DNA of 64,000 bases from Mustelus asterias (taxonomy: Eukaryota), in NCBI RefSeq assembly GCF_964213995.1, contig NC_135815.1, forward strand, positions 2,418,001 to 2,482,000. The letters run 5' to 3'. The stretch's first letter is position 1, and every line of letters begins with the position of its first letter. Below are positions 58,319 to 64,000 of this stretch, piece after piece. A model generated the notes under the pieces. It saw only the letters and a list, made by a program, of their open reading frames with translations. It made no database searches and was not told the origin of the DNA. The position numbers and the translations under genes were made by a program.

Positions 58319-60391
58319 AGTCCAGCATTTATTGCCCATCCCTAATTGTTCTTGGGAAGATGGTGGAGGGCTGCCTTCTTGTGACGCTGCAGTCCCTGTG
58401 GTGTCGGAACACCCAGCACCGAATCACAGAGTCACAGAGTTGTAACAACACTGAAGGAGGCCGCTCAGCCCATCGTGTCCACCCCAGCTCTCCAAATGAG
58501 CATCATGTCTGAGTGCCATTCCCCTGGCTTTTCCCCGTAACCTCTGGGTGTACCCACACTCAAATAAACACTCATTAAATAAACTGTGATCTGCTTACCT
58601 GCTCACTAGATCACAGCTCTGTTTAATCACATTACTGGCAATCATTGATATCCTGCAAGCGTGCGATTTGTTCTGAATTTCAAACTGTTGTTTGTATCCT
58701 TGGTGTAACATTAAGACCTTTTGGGCAGCCAATTGTAAGAGGTGTTAGTGCAAATTAAATCTGGCTTCCTTTAATCTGCCCTATACAGTCCCATCTATTG
58801 CTCCAAGTCAACAGGGCGATATTAAGTTATCAGCAGTCAACTGAGCGAGGGAACTGCAGGAAGCTGGTATGAAAGGAAGATATTTAAGTCCAGGAGTAAG
58901 AACAGGAAGCTGGAACAGATCCTGTTCAGTGAAATTAAGAGTCAGAAGCACAGGAAAGTTTAAAGCTCAAAGCGAGAAGCAAATGTATTGCAAAGTGCAC
59001 TGTGAGAAGCCAGAGATTCAAGGGGACAGCTGAAGGTCTGGAAATCCTTACCACGGGCTGTGAAGCAGTGCTGTATGTCGGTACAGCTGAGTATCTGAGA
59101 GTGGGTGTGTAAGGTGAAGCTTGAATACATGTGGTGATCCCGGGGAGAGAAATATCGGAAGGAGTTACGGAAACCCTGGAGGTGGACTCTTGTGCAAGGC
59201 ATCTGAGGGAAAGTGTTGGTTGGGAGAAGATCCCAAAGCAAGTACTTGAATGCGGAGATTGGAAACACTTGTTTGAAAGGCAGTGAGGCTAGTTGGCTCA
59301 AAGTGGGACAATCGTCTGGGGTGAGTTGATGAGAAATCCATAGCATCTGTTTGGAGTGATATCTTGGGGAGGCAATGACCTAGCGGTGTTATCGCAAGAC
59401 TATTAACCCAAAAACTCAGCTAATGATCTGGGGACCCGGGTTTGAATCCCGCCACGGCAGATGGTGGAATTTGAATTCAATAAAAAACATCTGGAATTAA
59501 GAATCTACTGATGACCAGGAAACGATTGTCAGAGAAGCCCATCTGGTTCACTAACGTCCTTGAGGGAAGGAAATCTGCCATCCTTACCCGGTCTGGCCTA
59601 TACATGACAACAGAGCCATAGCAATGTGGTTGACTCTCAACTGTTTCCAAGGGCAACGAGGGATGGGCAATAAATGCTGGCCAGCCAGCGACGGCTGTGT
59701 CCCATGAATGAATTTTTTTAAAATCTGTCACGTGGTTTAAGAGTGTGGTGATTCTGACCACAGGGTCACCGATTGGTTTACTGGACTGTGTACATACCGT
59801 CAACATTAGAGTATAAGACAGATTTAGTAACTTGTGTTATCCATACAAATCTGTATATATCAGTAAAGGTGAATTGTCCTGTCTGTCCCCACTCACCCTC
59901 CTCCTGTCAGTGTGGAGCTGGGAAACCTGCAGGGTTATTTCCATTTCATCCACATCATTTTCCTCTTGGTGAAAATGCAAATAGAATCTGTTTTTATGAA
60001 TAGAGGCATGAACACAAAGATTTGGGTGTTATGGTGAACTTCAATAATTCAGTGGTTATCCGCAGGGGGAGTATTGTCCAAATCGGGGTCCCACATTGGA
60101 GAGGGCTCCAAGATAGTTCACTAGAATGATGCCAGGGATGAGGGACGTCAGCGATGTGCAGAGACCGGATGAGTTGGGATTATTATCCTTCGTTAATGTA
60201 CCGCAGACATGAAATAAACAGGGAGAAACTGTTTCCAACGACAGGAGTCTCAATAAGCACAGAGACGCTGATTTAAAATTAGGGTTCCAGTGGTGGGCAC
60301 TGGCCTCTCTATCCTGGGGGTGTATCTATACAGTTGATCAGGAATCAGCTTCATTGGGTGAATTCACTAATAACTGTCACACAAAGTTACC

Positions 60392-60560
60392 GTAAGAAGT
60401 CTCACAACACCAGGTTAAAGTCCAACAGGTTTATTTGGTAGCAAATACCATAAGCTTATTTTGGTATTTGCTACCAAATAAACTTGTTGGACTTTAACCT
60501 GGTGTTGTGAGACTTCTTACTGTGTTTACCCCAGTCCAACGCCGGCATCTCCACATCATG
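60392..60560. mobile_element. Palindromic mini Penelope-derived insertion (169 bp)
   Basis: 13-bp TSD ACACAAAGTTACC (60379-60391, 60561-60573); inverted arms meet at AAGCTT. Confidence 0.85.
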
Positions 60561-60683
60561 ACACAAAGTTACCACCAGAGTATTGTGATGATCGCAGAGC
60601 CGGTCTGGCTGCTCTTGGAGTTAACAGCAGCAAACTCTGCCCTTTATCCAAACAGAGTGACTTATTGAAGAATTGATGTCCAT

Positions 60684-60803
60684 TCACTGGGAATGGTTGA
60701 TGGCAGCATACACAGTCGCCTCCTCAGTGTCCAAAGGCATTGACGTTCTGCTTTTCTGATGGAGGAACTGGAGATCGGCGTAAAACAATTCTCCCTCGTC
60801 TAT
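60684..60803 (-). CDS. Terminal ITIM+ITSM exon of a second, convergently oriented paralogous receptor gene (rest lies mostly beyond the window)
   Basis: Acceptor ctctctgtctcgtttcag|ATA (phase 0); IDEGELFYADLQFLHQKSRTSMPLDTEEATVYAAINHSQ*; canonical ITIM LFYADL and ITSM TVYAAI, with Tyr at exon positions 8 and 32 as in 46433-46555. Confidence 0.82.
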   Translation of the reverse strand: MDEGELFYADLQFLHQKSRTSMPLDTEEATVYAAINHSQ

Positions 60804-61021
60804 CTGAAACGAGACAGAGAGGATTTTACCACCTGGGGAGAGACGCTCTCCCCCGACACACAGAACAAGCCCCCACAAACTACACCTCCACCCCCACCCC
60901 AACCAAACCGCCAAATCCCCAGCCCCAAATCACCCTGGCAAACCACACAACTTGTTTATTACACGATAAGACGATACAGAGGCTTGTAGCCACCTGGCCG
61001 CCATCAGCTCCCGAGATGACT

Positions 61022-61586
61022 CAAAGAAGAACGAACAAAGAAAATTACAGCACAGGAACAGGCCCTTCGGCCCCTCCAAGCCTGCACCGACCATGCTGCC
61101 CGACTGAACTAAAACCCCCTACCCTTCCGGGGACCATATCCCTCTATTCCCATCCTATTCACGTACTTGTCAAGATGTCCCCTAAAAATCAATACTGTAT
61201 CCACTTCCACTACTTCTCCAGGCACCCACTACTCTCTGTGTAAAAAATCTGCCTCGTACATCTCCTTTAAGCCTTGCCCCTCGCACCTTAAACCTGTGCC
61301 CCCCAGTAATTGACTCTTCCACCCTGGGAAAAAGCTTCTGACTATCCACTCTGTCCATGCCCCTCATAATCTTGTAGACTTCTATCAGGTCTCCCCTCAA
61401 CCTCCGTTGCCCCAGTGAGAACAAACTAAGTTTCTCCAATCTCTCCTCATAGCTAATGCCCGCCATACCAGGCAACATCCTGGTAACTCTTTTCTGTACC
61501 CTCTCCAAAGCCTCCACATCCTTCTGGTAGTGTGGCGACCAGAATTGAACACAATATTCCAAGTGCGGCCTAACTAAGGTGTACAA
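61022..61586 (-). mobile_element. CR1 3' fragment in the last intron of the - strand paralogue
   Basis: ORF 61182-61628 LVRPHLEYCVQFWSPH...FFTQRVV; tail matches 24640-24800. Confidence 0.85.
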
Positions 61587-61699
61587 GAGCCCACGCTTAG
61601 CAAGGTCATGCACCACCCTGCTCCCCAATTGGTCCCCTTGGTCATGTGAACCTCACTGTGCAGAATAATCCTTAAAGGGACAATCACCACATCCATGTA

Positions 61700-62875
61700 A
61701 TCTACACCCGGAATAATCCTATTCCAACCTATACCCAGAATAATCCCATTCCAACCTACACCCAGAATAATCCCATCCCAAACTTCACCCAGAATAATCC
61801 CATTCCAAACTTCACCCAGAATAATCCCATTCTAAACTACACCCAGAATAATCCCATTCCAAACTTCACCCAGAATAATCCCATCCCAAACTGCACCCAG
61901 AATATCCCCATCCCAAACTACACCCGGAATAATCCCATCCCAAACTATACCCAGAATAATCCCATCCCAAACTACACCGAGAATATCCCCATCCCAAACT
62001 ACACCCGGAATACTCCAATCCCAAATTACATCCGGAATAACCCCATCCCAAACTACACCCAGAATAATCCCATCCCAAACTACACCCAGAATAACCCCAT
62101 CCCAAACTACACCCAGAATAATCCCATCCCAAACTACACCTGGAATAACCCCATCCCAAACTACACCCAGAATAATCCCATCCCAAACTACACCTGGAAT
62201 AACCCCATCCCAAACTACACCCAGAATAACCCCATCCCAAACTACATCCAGAATAATCCCATCCCAAACTACACCCAGAATAACCCCATCCCAAACTACA
62301 TCCAGAATAATCCCATCCCAAACTACACCCAGAATAACCCCATCCCAAACTACATCCAGAATAATCCCATCCCAAACTACATCCAGAATAATCCCATCCC
62401 AAACTACACCTGGAATAACCCCATCCCAAACTACACCCAGAATAACCCCATCCCAAACTACATCCAGAATAATCCCATCCCAAACTACACCCAGAATAAC
62501 CCCATCCCAAACTACATCCAGAATAATCCCATCCCAAACTACACCCAGAATAACCCCATCCCAAACTACACCCAGAATAATCCCATCCTAAACTACGCCA
62601 GAATATTCCATGCCAAACTACACCCCAGACCCATCCCATCCCAAACTATACCCGGAATTATCCCATCTCAAATTACACCCAGAATAATCCCATCCCAAAC
62701 TACACCCAGAATAATCCCAACCCAAACTACACCCAGAATATCCCATCGCAAACCACACCCAGAATAATCCCATCCCAAACTACACCTGGAATAATCCCAT
62801 CCCAAACTACACCCAGAATATCCCATCGCAAACCACACCCAGAATAATCCCATCCCAAACTACACCTGGAATATC
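61700..62875. repeat. 27-bp minisatellite (CCAGAATAATCCCATCCCAAACTACAC), about 43 units
   Basis: Direct reading; accounts for the repetitive ORFs 61866-62639 and 62668-62853. Confidence 0.95.
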
Positions 62876-62915
62876 CCATGCATCGACCTGTCATGAACTT
62901 TTGAATTTGTACCAT
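62866..62915 (-). CDS. Candidate penultimate cytoplasmic exon of the - strand paralogue (xGTNSKVHDRSMHGIFQ)
   Basis: Acceptor gtgtttagtctccag|AT and donor CAG|GTGTAG give a 50-nt phase 1-0 exon, matching the architecture of 45394-45437. The donor is weak and protein similarity is low. Confidence 0.4.
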
Positions 62916-64000
62916 CTGGAGACTAAACACAATCACTGGCTGGAATCGGTCCGTAAACTGTCTCTATGTGTGAAGTTATAAACCCTTTCATAGAAACAAC
63001 ACCCTCCTCACCATAATTACCTCAAGATTGGTCTTACACTGAGCACTAACCCACTGCACACACGCAAAGCAATTAGCTAATGGCCTTGCCAGTGACACCC
63101 ACATCCCATGGCAATAAAATACAGCCATTGTCATCCCCGACATTTCAATATCCTTCTCCCTGCTCAATGAGGTGGGACTGAACAATGAAGCAGAGACCAC
63201 AACACAAGCGCTACAGGGGCTGCCTAGGAATGGGTGTACCTGAGGACAGACAGATTGGGACAGGAGAATTCGGAAAACTGTGATCTTGCCCACAATTGGC
63301 AGCGTTGGATGTTACTCCCTCTCCCCTTACTGACCTCCTGGCTCAGCACTGCCAGGTTTCCGTGAGGCCTCACTGGCTCAGTGAATAGCTATTCAGGTTG
63401 ATATTTGTAATGTTAATTGCCGCTCACTGGCTAATTTGTGTTCCGGCTGGTTGGAATCAGGATGTGTTCCCTCCAGCCAGCTCCCAGCGTGGGACAATGG
63501 CAGATTTATATCAGGCTGGTGGGGTCACAGTTGGTGGGAGGTGAAGGACCTCATCACCACTGGAATGGTCACCTGACCAGTGTCCTGTAGTCAGTCACAT
63601 GACAACACCTGTTGAGGGAGGGAGCTAGGAGGTATAACCTTTGGCCTTTGGGATGATGTCACACAGAAGGCAGTTGAGGGAATCTATAGAACATTCTCTC
63701 CCCAGAAAGACAAGGGAGGAGGTCCACTGAATATTTTAAAACTGAGATAGATTGTGAAAGAGTTGATAACAACATGTGAGTAAAATTGGACTCTCAGGAC
63801 TCAAGATGCAGCTTCAAGACCGTGTGGGAATTTCCTGACAAGGAGATGATATGCTGCTTTATCCATTGTCTTCAGTCACCACAGTCCCAGATGACCAGAG
63901 GCTGCTCTCCCCCTTTAAGGGGAGACTGGTGGTGATTTAACCTGAGGATCACCACACCGCAGGCAAGGGGAGAGGCTGAGAAAGTAGGGCTTTCATGGAC

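Noticed and set aside
61866-62639. 257-aa (SLGWDYSGC)n ORF
   Set aside because: Translation of the 27-bp minisatellite; no independent coding evidence.

Overview
Vertebrate genomic DNA, almost certainly a cartilaginous fish (shark), inferred from HE1-type V-SINEs, Deu/SacSINE-type SINEs and dense CR1 LINEs. Most of the window is transposon-derived: nested CR1 LINEs (one full-length copy with both ORFs intact at about 50.4-54.5 kb), Rex1/Babar LINE fragments, Penelope-like elements carrying minimal hammerhead-ribozyme motifs, solo LTRs and three minisatellites. Buried in this is a spliced host gene that the ORF track shows only in part. Seven phase-compatible + strand exons (29552-46555) encode a type I membrane receptor. 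It has three tandem, pre-joined 'VJ' Ig domains resembling Ig-lambda/VpreB/TCR-gamma V regions (no RSS, no C domain), an uncharged TM segment, and a tail with NPVYATV, an ITIM-like CSYAEL and an ITSM TEYSAV. A paralogous terminal exon (LFYADL ... TVYAAI, identical tyrosine spacing) lies on the - strand at 60684-60803, so this appears to be part of a cluster of non-rearranging, antigen-receptor-like inhibitory receptors. No leader exon could be identified. Family assignments come from recognising motifs by eye, not from database searches.
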